64,000 nucleotides of DNA, taken from Marsupella aquatica. Its lineage: Eukaryota > Plantae > Marchantiophyta. Of this stretch, positions 13,792 to 27,093 are shown in pieces. The position numbers and the translations under genes were made by a program. The stretch's first letter is position 1. Each line of letters begins with the position of its first letter. A model generated the notes under the pieces. The model did no database searches. It saw nothing but the letters and a program-made list of their open reading frames with translations, and had not been told where the DNA came from. The stretch covers positions 13,581,934-13,645,933 of the forward strand of contig OZ316899.1 in assembly GCA_973895155.1 (NCBI GenBank). The letters are read 5' to 3'.

Positions 13792-14024
13792 ATGGCAACA
13801 TTATTTTGCAGTTCATCATGCATCTATGCCTCGTCCTGCCAAACCAAATCCAACCACCCAACAAAACATACATAGCCTACAGGTATCTCAAATGAGCAAC
13901 ACAAGGACAGGCCTATGGTCTGACAAGTAGTATACCTCCTCGTCTTGCTCTCCCTTAAGCTCCTCGAGCTCCATTTCTGTTGACAAGTCATCATGTAGGG
14001 TATCCCTTGCCTGCATTTTGCTTC

Positions 14025-17000
14025 TGTCACGTCATCAGCCTAGGCCTTAACCCGGGCTTCAGCTTAGATAGGCACATCCTTCATCAAAATGAGGGTTCGA
14101 GCAGGGAGGGAGGCACGGAATGCACCTAACTCACGTAAACTAGCGCTAAGTGCGCCTATGGTCACCTCCTAGGTATGGTTTGTGTTCTGCCACCGGAACG
14201 TACCTCAATCGACAACAGGATCGACCCCGGCTTACGGGCTTCTAAGCCTTCGTGTTTTCCGCCTTCGATCTGGATTCGATGATATGGGTACTCAACCCGG
14301 GCTCGCAACCATTACCCGCAAGCCGCACCCTGTGCCCGACTTGGGTAGTGCGTTCGGCCAAGGGTTGGCACCTATACACGAGATTCATACATACACACAC
14401 ACGCAAGCATACAATCTTGATTTACACGAAGGAAATAATGGGGAAGGATTTTACTACATAGGAGACATATGCGCACACTTAGTTGACCCAAAATCTCTGG
14501 AATGAACAGGTCCAAAGCCAAGGGTGTACACTACAATGGAGCCCGGCTCCGCACTCGCCCAACGAGCTTAGTCCCACACCCTCCCCTTGGTACTCTTTCA
14601 CTCCCAGAGGTCGGGACTCCCCGCACATACCGTGGATGTCCAACATTGAGACTAAAAACCCCCTGCCTCTACCGAGGGGTGCACTAAATACTAAGGGCCG
14701 AGGAACAGAGTGCCCTCGCGCCCAAAGATTCGCTAACTAAGGTCCTAACTAAGTTGGCTGTCAGGCCGGAAAAAGGCTTGTCTTATTAGAAGATCCTAAT
14801 CTACGCAGGTTGTACAGCATGGCAGTGTTGCTTTAACTAGGGCAAGTGCTTGTCCCTATAGCCTAATTTAGCTATTCCTAACTCTACTCTAATCCTACTC
14901 CGCCGCTAATGCCTGGCATGCTTGCCAGAGCCGCCTGAGTGGGAGCGGCTATCCCGCTGCCATCTGAGCCTATCGGCGTCCTACTTGAGTAGCTGGACCT
15001 GGTCCAGCAGAGATTCGTTTTCCCGCTTTGCCGCGTCCGCGGCCTCCTGGCATGCCTCCTCCAGTTGCTGGGTGTCACTCGTCAGCTTGTCCACCAATTG
15101 GGCCTATTTCGTGGCTTCTCCTTGAAGCCGCGCCACCTTTGCCTTCGGGGTGTCAATCTTGGTTGTGTCCCGCTGAGACCTGGAGTCAACTTCCTCCAGA
15201 TCCTTTTGCCAACTGACGGCTTGCCCCTGCAAACCGTCAATCTTGGTCCGGAGCCGCGCGATCTTGGCGTCCTTTCCGAGCCCGGCCTGTACTGCTAACA
15301 CTGCTTGGGCTCTAGCCTCGGCAACCTGGTCCTCCGTGGCCGTTACTTGAGGCCGTAGTTGCTGGAGTTCAGCCTCCAGGGTTGCCACTTTGTCCTTCAG
15401 GTAGGCAGACTCAACCTGATATCGCTCTATTCTCTGCACGGTCTCTGCCTGTGCATGTCCTGCCCTTACTGCCGCAACCAACTCCTGGTTGAAGAAGTAG
15501 GCCACCCTCCGGGCTATGTATTCCCCGGTGTCCCGAGAGATCTGTTGCGAGAAATCTCCCAACAACCCGTTTAGAAATGTGCCCGGCGCAAAGAGTTCCT
15601 GATGGTCTAGACTGTGTCCCTCTGGATTTGGGCACGGGCAGACTCCAACCCGTGCGGGAGTAGGAGTGGACACATCCAGCCCTTGAGGTAAGTCGGTCGA
15701 AGGAGCTGGTTCCACTAGAGGTGGGTGGTTCTCCTGCACCACCGCGGGGGGGGTGGCGGAATCTCCCCGGCTACCGTGGCATCTGCTTTGGGTACGGCTT
15801 CATCCGGCCCAGCTTCGATGGTATTGTCCCGATTGATTGCGTCTAAGGTCGCGATAACGTCAATGGGTATGCCTGGCGGGGCGGCAGCGGTGGGTTGTGG
15901 GGCCGGGGTAGCAGGATTTGCAGCTGCCAGACTTTGGGCCTCAGGGTGCGGTCGCCTTACCTGGGCTGGGAACACCCATTTTGGCGGGGTCAGCTCGGGC
16001 TCATTGAGATGTGGGAGGCTCCGGCGGTCGAAGCGAGCGTACCACTCGATGATGATTTTGATGTGGCTAGCGAAGTACGCCCTCCCACCAAGGTACAAAG
16101 TCTTCCTTCTCCGCTCTATGTCCTCGTGGAACTTCTTGACGAAGAAGGACGCCCACTTCCTGGGCCGATAGTTCTCCACTTGGATGACCTGAGCGGCCGA
16201 TATTTCTCCTCTAGGTTCCATCATGTGGAGGGCATACCGCTGGAACTCTAGGCGTTCTGCTACCTCCGGGATGAGGCACGTCCTCATTAAGAACCCATTG
16301 TCCACTACCCCTTTGGCCGGGAAGCTAGATGACTGGTATTTAGCCCCCTTGCCCCTAGGAGCCCGCGACTCTACCCAGTTTATCCCCTCAGGTAAGCCGA
16401 AAATCATCTTCAGACGTGCCTCATCAAGACACATCACTCTCCCGTGCGCTCGGGTTTGTTGACAGGCCTCGTCGAAGTTCTGAATGAACTCCGTCATATC
16501 TTGCCCGTAATACCTGCTTCCGTTCCAAGGGAGAGAGGTGAGGTGCTCAAACCCCTGGGTCTTCAGATAGCATGCATGCTTGGGGTGGAGGATGTTCTTG
16601 TGAACGTTGTCCCCCATGCGATGCATGGTCAGCTTGGCTACCGCAACCATGGCCAAAGGCAACCCGGATACGGCTGCGGGCTCCTTCCTCTTCCTACCCC
16701 AAGACTGATTCCCGGGGTGACTAAAAGAAGGGGACATCTCTCCATCCTCTCAGTCAGGTGGTGGTAGGGCGACTGCCATGAGTATTGGTGTTGGGGCCGC
16801 TAGCGTTACCGTGTTATCCCCTCGGGCTTGCTGGAGTGGTGCTGGGTTGTTTGTACCCTGCGGCCGTTAATTCAGAGGAGGGTGAGCCTCCTTGTCTTTG
16901 GAGCTAATATTTACTGCATTCACCACGGATTGTACTCGGAGAGGTGGTGGAACCGGTGGCGGGGACCGGCTTGGCTGAGGCCAAGGAGGTGTAGGTGCGG

Positions 17001-17930
17001 GTACGGGCACGGGTTGGCCGGCACTGGTCGTTGATGGTAGAGTTGCCATGAAGTTTTGCAGGTGCCGGTGGAGGTTTTCTGATGCAAGTGAAGGTGGTCT
17101 TGTCGACCGGGTAGTGTTGAACTTGCCGTTGATGATAGCCCGGACCCGAGCGGGGATGTGGTCGAAGTGGTGCCGCTGCAAGTCGATCGTGCTTGGAATA
17201 TTGAAGACCTTGTCCGGAAGCCAAAGCAATGTCTCCCAAAAGCCGATGTATTTGCCTCCATCGAAGAAGTACCCTGATACTTCTTCGGATCGGTAAAGCT
17301 CGCTCTGGGATGGGTAATCAAAGTTAAGGAGATAGTGGTATTGTCCTGCTAGGTGGATGGCTCTCTCGTATTCGCGTTTGATCTCATATCGGCGCGGGTT
17401 GGCGTGTTTCAATAAGTCGGCCAAGTGTCCTCCGATAGACAGGAACTGAGTCCAGAATCATATCGCCAAACTGGAAAAGATCGTGTGCAACATTCAGAGG
17501 AGATAGCAAGTGACTAAGGAAAAGCGAGAGAGCTGGGATCGAAGCTGGCGCGTGGACTGGAGAGCTGGTGCACTGCAAAGGATCGGCCCCCTTTTATACC
17601 TTGAGAGCTCGTCGATCGCCCGATGCCTCCTCGTCGCTTATAGGTCAATCCTTTCACGCTCGCTGTGTACCGGCCCCTTCTCCAGTCCGGGTCAGCTCGT
17701 GTCAGTGGCCGCCTCCTGGAGTTCATTATACGGACCCGAGGGAGGGGGAAAAGGGGCCCATTACATGCTCGCAACCCGGGCGTGCGAATGGTGACCCGCC
17801 GCCAGCCCGAACATGAATTCCCCTTATTGACTAATGATTTCCTACTCATAATGGCTACCTAAATACTATTGTTATGCTAATAATAACGGCCTAAGATACC
17901 CCTAATGCGCGTGCTAAGCGCGGTTAGACT
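14025..17930 (-). mobile_element. Gypsy family X, 3' part: accessory ORF (Pro-rich, plant-transposon-protein-like domain, coiled coil) and LTR
   Basis: ORFs 16867..17424, 15715..16737 and 15104..15742; terminus TGTCAC at 14025; homologous to 50173-51002 and 52122-55965. Confidence 0.7.
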
Positions 17931-18219
17931 GAATGACTCATTACCCGCCGTACCAGTAGCGTCACAGCTTCTCACCTCACCCAACTCTTGCTCTAGTTTG
18001 TTACATTGCTCTTGAATGACTGCTGGATGATCCCATTTTGACCCCTCCAAGCTTTCCATAGTCTTCTGAACCGCATTGATGCGCTGACAAGTGTCTTTTA
18101 GACTACATTCAATTGTGACAATTTGCCCATCCAGAATGGACAGCAAAAGATTTCTTGGCAATGCAGGGAGAACGGGAGCCTCGGGCTTGGTAGGGAGAAG
18201 CTTTATTTGGGGGACACTA

Positions 18220-19102
18220 TGGCACGTTTCCCGGCACCTCTAACCCCAAGAACTACCAGAAACCGATCATAAACCACTGATTTATGTTTGGCTTCTAGGA
18301 GTTTGGCAACTATCCGGCTTGGAAACGCAGCCTATCCTTTGATCCACACTTTGCTGGACCGATTCTTTCACTAGACTTGTGAATCGTGCACTGTAGAGAC
18401 ACCTAATTTCTCCTTTGACTTCATCAGGTATATTTGTATTCCGCACCCGGAATGTACCTCTACGGCTTAATTTCTTAAGCCGGCTGAAGGTCTTTTTCAA
18501 ACGGACTCAACCCACACTTTAACCGACTAACACTCTCAATACCTCACTTTTCTCTCAGAGTTTGATTTGGCAGTTTCCAATCAAGACAATGCGATTGTAC
18601 TTTGCTCAACAATTTCACTCTATCTGACTTAAATCGATCAAACAACAAATATCACAACACACAACTTCTTGGTCGGCAAGAGTCTGTGAACTAGGCAACA
18701 AGGCCAACTCAATTCAAACAATTGCACAGAAATCCCATGGGAATTTGTGGTTTACTGATACTCCGCGGTCTAGATTTAACCGAGAGCTTCTTGTGCTCAC
18801 AACAATACACATTTACACTAAAGTCTTGACTAAGAAAAAGCCCCCTGAGCCATGTTGCTCAGGTTTTTATCCTTGCAGCGTAACCTCAAAGAACCGCGGA
18901 AATCCTAACCACTCAATCACGACCTTCCACCGTGATATTCCTATTATTAATCTAAAACAAATTCAACCTGACTAAGCCAGAAACCTTAGGGACCCGGACT
19001 CCTAATACTATCTAAGCAATATAAGCCGATAGAGCGCCACTTGCCCTGTCAATATCCTACAATGGTCGTGCCCTTCTGGCCCAAGCCCTTCTCCTTCCGC
19101 CA
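18220..19102 (-). repeat. 3' LTR of family Y (about 880 bp)
   Basis: Follows the PPT; TGGCG...GCCA ends; homologous to 24146-24585 plus 34307-34747. Confidence 0.65.
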
Positions 19103-19140
19103 CGTCCTCCTTCCAACTGACAACTGGCCCGCCTTAATTG

Positions 19141-22100
19141 TCAGATGATCAAAGGCAATCCTGAACCTTCCGACTCTGCGCATTCCTCTATGTCCAGCTT
19201 TGGCTTGATCCCCTCGACTTCCTTAGTTTTGGCTTCAGGTTCCAATTTCACGGCATCGGTATTGGCAGCATCCTCATTGGCAACGGCTTGGATAGCATTG
19301 GCCTTCACTTCTTCTATCCAAGCCTGCTCCCCAATGTGCTCGGTCTCGATCACCCACGGCTTCATGTTCTTGTAATCCATGGAAGTAGTACCAATGTCAG
19401 ATTCTGTCACCGCAACTCCAAGTTGATCCGCATTACTTACCTCCACCATAGCTGCCTTCACGGCTACAGTACCGCAAATGTGAGCGGCCATGCTTTTGAC
19501 CATGGCCTTAAGGGGCATTCCATTATTCCCTGTCGGCCCCATGAATGTTTTTGCCAGATCCGCCACCAACTGCATTGCTTTCCCCCAGTCACTTCTGACA
19601 ACATCGAGCTTGGCTTTGGCATTGCAGTATTTCCAACTACCATGACATTGATGGGAAGCCTTCCAGTTGGTGACCCTTGTCCCGCTTTGGCATATTTCTT
19701 TAGCTTCTCAGTTTGACTGTCAGCACGCCTCTGCAACCCGATCATCTTATCCTTGGCCTCCTCCAACTCCTGAGATAAGTCTTCTACTTCATTGTTAAGC
19801 CGCAGTACCTCTTCCTTGGCGGTCTTTGGCTCCTCATTTAAGATCTGCACAATCTCAAACTCCTTATCTAAAGCTGCTTTTTGCGAGTTGTTGATAGCCT
19901 CCAACTTTGTGACCTCAACCGTCCATGCCTCCTTTGTCTTAGCTAACTCCTCCTGAAGCTCCTTCCGTATTTGCTGTACTTGGTTGAGGTGGTCATTGGC
20001 AGCTGTACAAGTTGCCTCCTCATGCTTTTCACGCATGGCCTCCAGCCGGTCGAGTAGCTTGTCTTGCTTCCGCTGGGATTCTGCCAAGGCTTTATCACTC
20101 TGAGTGAGCTGCTCCTTAGCCTTTGATCTGAGTCTCTCAACTTGCCAATTAAGGCCCTGTACTTCTTCCTTTGTATCGGCTAACTCCACCTATACCTTGG
20201 TCAATTTTTCCTTGATCCGCTGGTTGTCCAATTGGTAACTTTCCGATCGGTTGTTTGCAACCTCCAACTCTTGTTGTTTAGCCAACAGATCTTGCTAAAC
20301 CTGTTGATCAACCCTTGTCTTAGCAGCTTTAGCTTCCATCCTGCGAAGCCAATTGATTACTTCCTCTTTCTTCAGTTGCTCCAACGTCATTGCCTCCTCC
20401 AACCTTGTTTGATCAGCCATTTCTTTTCTAAGAAATGGTCCGGATTCTAACTCATTGCCAAAAAAATTCAAGGCTAAGAGTCCACACATGTCTCCATATT
20501 CCTTAGCCCAATCTCTCGCATAATTTGACCTCCCAAGTGATACACGCATGTGCCATCAAGGTCGTCTCTCCCAAGCCTTTTCCCCTAGCTGATCAAAGTC
20601 AGTGAGAGGCTTGGCCTGCTTCTCACTAAGCCATTTTATTTCCTCCGGCCAATCTCCTCCTGGTAGTTGTCATTCCTGCATTTCATTCCGGGCCTCCCAC
20701 TCCTTGAGTTTCTCATGAAGTCCTACCTTGGCTTCCTTCATTCTGTCAAACTCCCTTGGTGTCATAGTCGGTGGAGGAGACTCTAGGGTTTTTTGGTCTT
20801 TTCACCTGCCATAAAAGACCGATGGAAGTGTTCTACAAAATCTTCCCAACGTCCTAACGCCTGGCATCGGCCTCTTCCCATGATCGACATATTCTTCATC
20901 GTAGTCCTCCACATTAACCTGACTACTGTGTATGCCTGCTGCCTCTACAAAGCCCCCAATCTCCTCCTCCAAGTATTGCCTGGCTATTGGTGGCTGACTG
21001 TCCTCCACAGGTTCTTCTACTTAAACCCGACCAGAAGCTCTAAGTACCGGCCTCTCCTGGCTTTGGCCTCGGCTTCCATCTTCTGACTCCAAATCCATCT
21101 GCTCGTCATGCTTCTTTCTTTCTTTGGCAGTCATCTTCCTCTTGACTAGGTAAATGCCTGCATATGGGTTATTCCAAGTAGGCCGTCGCAACGGACTCCT
21201 CACCACATCCAATGTTACCCCCTCTGGCTTCGTGATAGGGGAATTCTCCCTTCCTAGTGTTGCTAGCTTTTTCTCTCGCCTCCGTCTGTGCACGGGTTCT
21301 TTGTCCTCTTCCTCAATTATTGGTGCTACAATCGGTAGCCGCTCCAGCTTGTAGAGGCAAAACTGGTGCAAAAGACTGGCTCCTAGCATAACGACAAAGT
21401 AATTGCAAATGGTACCCTAGTCTGGATACTGCTCCCTCCCCAATGCTCTGTTTCTCCTCATTTAATGCCTTCTTCAATTGCTAGCCATTGTAATCACAGC
21501 TTGAGTCGACATTCTCGACTAAAAACACCTGGGCTTTGCCGATTTCTGCTCTCGGCAATGTGCAATGTAGCGTCACTCTCAGAAAATCAATCAACTGCCC
21601 CATATGTGGATTAGTACATTGATTTCTAAAAAACCCATTCTTAGTGGAGGGCCCTGGAAACAATCAAAACTGATTATCCGGTAACGTCTTCCTCTGCTCC
21701 ACCTTGGTCTTGTTTCCTTATAGTAAAGCAAAGACAACTTTGATTAGCGCTGGTGTTAGCTCTACAACCCTCTCATACATCAGCGTTGTGTTGAAAGAAG
21801 CCTCCCAGCATCCGACAAAGTCTAACAGATCTTTGTCTGGTATATCAACTAACCTTCACGGCAACCGGACGAATCCCTCCAAACCAGTGTCATTCATACA
21901 TCCAGAATACTTGTTATCCTGGACAGCATTGAAGACATCATCATCTTCCCGTGCAAATTGCAATTGCAAATTGGCAGATAACCTGTCTACCCAACCTGCC
22001 ATGAACTTATCTTTGACTGCCCTATCCTGGACTGGCATGACTTTGATCTTGGCTTGCCTTTCAAACCTGGTTTGCTTTGTTGGTGTGGCGGATGCCGAAC

Positions 22101-22386
22101 TCCCCTTTCGCTTCATATCTTCTAATCCCGAATACTCTCCAAGGATAGCTTCCTTAGTCCACGCCGCAGTGTGACCCTTTAATTTCCACACTAGCTGTCC
22201 TGCATTCTTGATTGCCTCCTGAATGCCAACGACGCAATTCTCCCTAATCAGCAATTTGTCAAGCTCGGCACTGGTGGGAATCCACAAAAACTTTTCCAAA
22301 ACCTCCTCAGTGCCTACGAATGCAGTTTTATGAATTCCCCACAATCGCGCAAGCTTTACTCATTCCCTAGCTACGCATTCTGACTC
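19141..22386 (-). pseudogene. Family Y accessory ORF (plant-transposon-protein-like domain and long coiled coil)
   Basis: Chain of ORFs from 21856..22344 to 19141..19575; homologues at 22716-24092 and 47005-52121. Confidence 0.65.
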
Positions 22387-24585
22387 TTTGTCTTTGTAAG
22401 TGGGTATGAGCTGCCGTGCTTCTTGTGATGCCTTGCCAGGATCACGAAGTAATAATTAAGCCTAAAATAATGGCTAAATAAGGATAGATAGAGAGTATAA
22501 GGTAACAATAAAGATTGATGCCGATTACTACGTGTTAGATGATAAGGGAAAGGATCCAACGGTTGAGATTCGGCGGGATTTGAGTTATGACCTAATCCAT
22601 GCTTGATCACAAAGACCACTAAGTGGCGGCTTTGGAGTGAGGAGGCCAATACTCTACCATTTTGCATTCTCGTGTACACGGTCTCAACATTGAGGAGCGA
22701 CTGTGAGTCGAGTGCATGTGGTGGATTGGGAGATTGCGCAAGTTCTTGGCATTTGGTGGAATGAACACGGTGAATCAGGCAGGGAATTTTGGGGGCTCTT
22801 TGCTTGAAGACGTTGAGCCGGAGCGCGCAACTAGAGAACGAGCAGAGCTTGCGCGATTGTGGGGAACTCACAAAATGGCATTTGTAGATACGGAGGAAGT
22901 GATCACTTGGCTTTGCGGCATGGTAGCAGAGGTGGCTAAATCAAGGGTGGATCAACAAGCACAGCAGGATCTCTTGGCTAAGCAGCAGGAATTAGAGGTG
23001 GCGAACAACCAATTGGAAAACTACCAATTGGATAACCAGCAGATTAAAGAGAAATTGACAAAGGTGCAGCTGGAGTTAGCCGATGCAAAGGAAGAGGTAC
23101 AGGGTCTTAATCGGCAAGTCAATAGGCTTAGGAAGGCGGCTAAAGACCAGACCACTCAGAGCAAGAAGGCCTTGGCTGCAGCCCAAGGCAAGCATGAAAA
23201 GCTACTTGATTGGCTGGAGGGCCATGCGGGAGAAACATGAGGACGCCATGAGTACAGCGGCCAATGATCACCTAAGCCGAGCCTAGAAAATACGCAAAGA
23301 GCTTCAAGGGGATATAGAGAAGACAAAGAAGGCCACGAAGCTGGAAACCATCAACGACTCCTTGAAGGCAGCCGTAGATAAGCAAGAGTTGGAGATCATG
23401 CAGATCTTAAATGAGGAGCTGAAGATGGCCAAGGCTGAGATACTACGGCTTAACAATGAAGTTGAAGACATATCTCAGGAGTTGGAGGAGGCCAAGGATA
23501 AGATGATCGGGTTGTAGAGGCGTGCCAATAATCAAACAGAGAAATTGAAGAAGTATGCCAAAGCGGGATATGGGTCACCAACTGAAAGGCTTCCCGTCAG
23601 CAGTATGGTATGCGGAAATATAGTGAAGCCAAAGCCAAAGTTGAGCTCACTGTTGTCAAGCGTGACTGGGGGCAAAGCCATGTAGTTGGTGGCAGATTTG
23701 GCAAAGACGTTCATGGGCCGGGCGGTAATAAAGTTAAGCCCCTTAAAGCCACTCCGGAGGAAGTCGAGAGCATGGCCGCTCACATTTGCGGTACTGTGGC
23801 CCTGAAGGCAGCTGTGGTAGAGGTAAGTACTGTGGATCAACTTGGAGCTGCGGTGACAGGTTCAGACGATGGTACTGCTTCTATGGATGCCTAGAACGTG
23901 AAGCCGTGGGTTATTGAGACCGAGCGCATTGGGGAGCAGGCTTGGATTGAGGAAGTTAAGGCAAAAGCTCTCCAGGCCGTTGCCAATGTGGATGAAGCCG
24001 AGGCCAAACCCGAAGCCGTAGTGAACGTGGACGAGGGGAGTCAGCCAAAGCCGAGTACAGGGGAAGGTGCAGAGTCGGACGGCTCAAGATGACCACCGAT
24101 CATCTGACAATTAAGGCGGGCCAGTCGTCAGTTGGAAGGAGGACGTGGCGGAAGGAGAAGGGCTTGGGCCAGGAGGGCGCGGCCGTTGTAGGATGTAGAC
24201 AGGGCAAGTAGCGCTCTGACGGCATGAATAGTTTGATTAGTGTTAGAGGTCCGGATCCATCGGGTTTCCGGCTTAGGCAGATTAGTTTTGTTTTAGCTAA
24301 ATAAAAAGGATTATCACGGTGGTAGGTAGGGATTGCAGGGGTAGGATTTCCGCGCTTCTTTCAGTCACGCTGCAAGGATAAAAACCCGGGCAGCGTGGCT
24401 GGGGGGGTCGTTTTCTTATTCAAGGCTCTAGTGTAAAATCTGTATTGTTGTGAGAACAGGAAGCTCTCGGCTAAATCTAGACCGCGGGGTATCAGTAAAC
24501 CACCAGTTCCCTTGGATTTCTGAGCAATTGTTTGAATTGAGTTGGCCTCGTTGCCTAGTTCGCAGATTCTTGCCATCCAAGAAGC

Positions 24586-25102
24586 TGTCATGCGCATACA
24601 CATCGCTACACAACATACATCGTTTGTCACACATATCCAAACATAGTCACAATCCACTAACACGAACATAAGAGAATGGAGTACAAATGGAACCAATGTC
24701 CACATGCCCCAAACCCACAATAACGCACCTTGTGCTTCAAGGAATCCACGTTACTTGCACACAACCTGGTCAGCCACACCATAGCCACCAAGCTCATGCT
24801 CAAAGGCTCAACATTGAAAGATGAGGCCTTTGAGCCAACACAAGGGGATAACTATCCCTCACACCAACTCAAACTAAACACAAAGTGCTCATATAGCACA
24901 CATACAAAACCTCTATATCCTAGATAGTACGATATACTTTACTACCACTCTAAATGGTGTGACAGCTGTCGTGCGCATACACATCGCTACACAACATACA
25001 TCGCTTGTCACACATATCCAAACATAGTCACAATCCACTAACACGAACATAAGAGAATGGAGTACAAATGGAACCAATGTCCACATGCCCAAAACCCACA
25101 AT
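24586..25102 (-). repeat. 3' terminal B-A-B block: B 24586-24721, A 24722-24964, GC, B' 24967-25102
   Basis: B and B' are 136 bp with 3 mismatches; A matches 34060-34302 (243 bp, 1 mismatch). Confidence 0.95.
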
Positions 25103-25104
25103 CG

Positions 25105-25111
25105 CCCCCCT
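25105..25111 (-). promoter_or_regulatory. Polypurine tract candidate AGGGGGG
   Basis: Lies just upstream of B' in element sense (AGGGGGGCGAT|TGTGGG). Confidence 0.6.
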
Positions 25112-25275
25112 AGCTGGGAGTGAGGTCCCCTAACTCTAGCTAGCCATGAGTTCTACAAGGTTAATATACACCTTTTTAGGTGCGAAGATCAGGAGGCCGG
25201 GTGCAAGTGAGCCCCATCGATCACCTACTTGCAATCTATATCTTCCACAAGAACACAAATGATAACTAGTCGGCA

Positions 25276-27093
25276 TCACCGACATTGAGGACAAAACCAT
25301 GATCCACTAGGAATCATGTGCAAGGGTGGTGTCAAACACGACATGTGCCATCCTCTAGAACACCTATCACAAATCAACATAGTAGCTGCTTCCTGAGCAG
25401 ACCCACACAACATACACTTCAAGCTAGCACGAACATGTGCCAAGCTTGGATCCACAGTGCCATCAATGTTTGGAAGGTGACATGGTGCACAATTACGCAC
25501 GTGATCCTTCCAAACCATACCATCACGCCCTTCCAACATAAGGACTCCAGAAGGCAACACTTCACGCACACGCAAGATTGTCCGCCCTGCGGTCACATCA
25601 AGCGTTGTTGGTGCTGTCTGCTGCAAATAAACATAATCGCCAGGATGAAATCTCCTAATCTTCGTGCGATAACCTCCTCCACGAATAGTAGCATATCGCA
25701 AAGTATCACGATGCTGGGCAATAGCAAGGTTGTCAAAGGCCATGGGCATGACTCTCTCAAAAACTCGTGCCCTCTCTGAACAAACCTTTACCCAAATATC
25801 TGGATCATCCAAATCCACAATAGTTGCAACATCACGATGAATAGCCGCTGGCAAATCTGGCTCTCTACCATAGAGCAAGAAATAGGGGGAGAAGGATGCA
25901 AGTGATGCTTGTCGACTGAAACGGTAGCCCATAGCTAACCAAGGTAGTTGGAGATCCCAGTCTCCCAAATGACCAACCTGTAAGCCATACTTGCGCAATC
26001 CTCTCTTCATAGTTTGTACAACTCTCTCTGCCAATCCATCTGCCTCAGGATGATCGCGAGAAGTAGTACGATGGTCAATCAGAGCTTGCTCACACAAACC
26101 CTCAAAATCTCCACGGAATTCCATGCCCTGATCAGTCAACACCTCAGCTGGTGCTCCAAAGTGACTGAGTACTCGATCCAGAAATGTGGTAGCCACTCCT
26201 CCACTAGCTTTATCTGGCAATGCCACTAGTTCAATCCACTTGGAGAAGTGCTCCACCATAACCAAAACATAACGGTTATGTCGTTGGGTGAGAGGCAATG
26301 GACCAGCAAAGTCCAAACTCCATCTGTACCCCAAACCCATGATTGGCAATGGATGCAACTGGGGAGTGGGAGCATTAAATGATGCCCTCACTCGATCACA
26401 TACCACACACTTAGCTATCAATTGCTGGACATGAGTGTGCATACCACGCCACCAATACTGTGTCTGCAGCAAGCTATAAGTGCGCTTGACACCAAAGTGC
26501 CCTAACTCCTCGTGCGCATGTCGCACCAAATGTACTCGTTGTGATGGTTTTGGTACCACCAATACCTTACCATCACCTAGTACTCTCAAAAGATGGCTTC
26601 CTTCCCATCGAAACCTCTTGGCTCTCTGTAGAACCCTGTCACGTTCCTTGGCATCAATACTGCCAACAATAGAACCACTGCGCAGATATTCCAACACTTT
26701 CACATCATTGTGAATATCTTGCTGTCCAAAGGTTACCTCACCAACATCCACATCTGAAGACTCATCATCTGCTTCATCCAATGAAGTAGAGTCCACAGAA
26801 CCACTGCATGCTGGAACCCAACAAAGGAAGGCAGATGCATGCCATCCTGGCACCATCTCCTTATCTGACTCATCATGCCATCTGGCTCCAGTCTCATCCT
26901 CCTGACTGGTACATGGATTGCAGCTCAACCCATCTGCATCCAAATTCATCTTTCCAGGCCTATGCACCACCTGGAAATCATAATCCTGTAACAACAATGC
27001 CCATCGTGCAAGCTTCCCTGTAAGCTTGTCAGACTCCATTAACCACTTGAGAGGCTGATGATTAGTGATCAAAGTGAAAGGATTACCAAACAA
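25276..27093 (-). CDS. RNase H end, integrase (HHCC and DDE) and C-terminal PHD finger
   Basis: HEELGHFG...CVVC; SLDFAG...TDQG...AERVVQ; C4HC3 motif CMLC...CDRC...HMSC...WFCPQC. Confidence 0.92.
   Translation of the reverse strand: MFGNPFTLITNHQPLKWLMESDKLTGKLARWALLLQDYDFQVVHRPGKMNLDADGLSCNPCTSQEDETGARWHDESDKEMVPGWHASAFLCWVPACSGSVDSTSLDEADDESSDVDVGEVTFGQQDIHNDVKVLEYLRSGSIVGSIDAKERDRVLQRAKRFRWEGSHLLRVLGDGKVLVVPKPSQRVHLVRHAHEELGHFGVKRTYSLLQTQYWWRGMHTHVQQLIAKCVVCDRVRASFNAPTPQLHPLPIMGLGYRWSLDFAGPLPLTQRHNRYVLVMVEHFSKWIELVALPDKASGGVATTFLDRVLSHFGAPAEVLTDQGMEFRGDFEGLCEQALIDHRTTSRDHPEADGLAERVVQTMKRGLRKYGLQVGHLGDWDLQLPWLAMGYRFSRQASLASFSPYFLLYGREPDLPAAIHRDVATIVDLDDPDIWVKVCSERARVFERVMPMAFDNLAIAQHRDTLRYATIRGGGYRTKIRRFHPGDYVYLQQTAPTTLDVTAGRTILRVREVLPSGVLMLEGRDGMVWKDHVRNCAPCHLPNIDGTVDPSLAHVRASLKCMLCGSAQEAATMLICDRCSRGWHMSCLTPPLHMIPSGSWFCPQCR

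Noticed and set aside
24730-24927. Duplicated 65-aa ORF (also 34068..34265) as a gene
   Set aside because: Incidental ORF inside terminal repeat A
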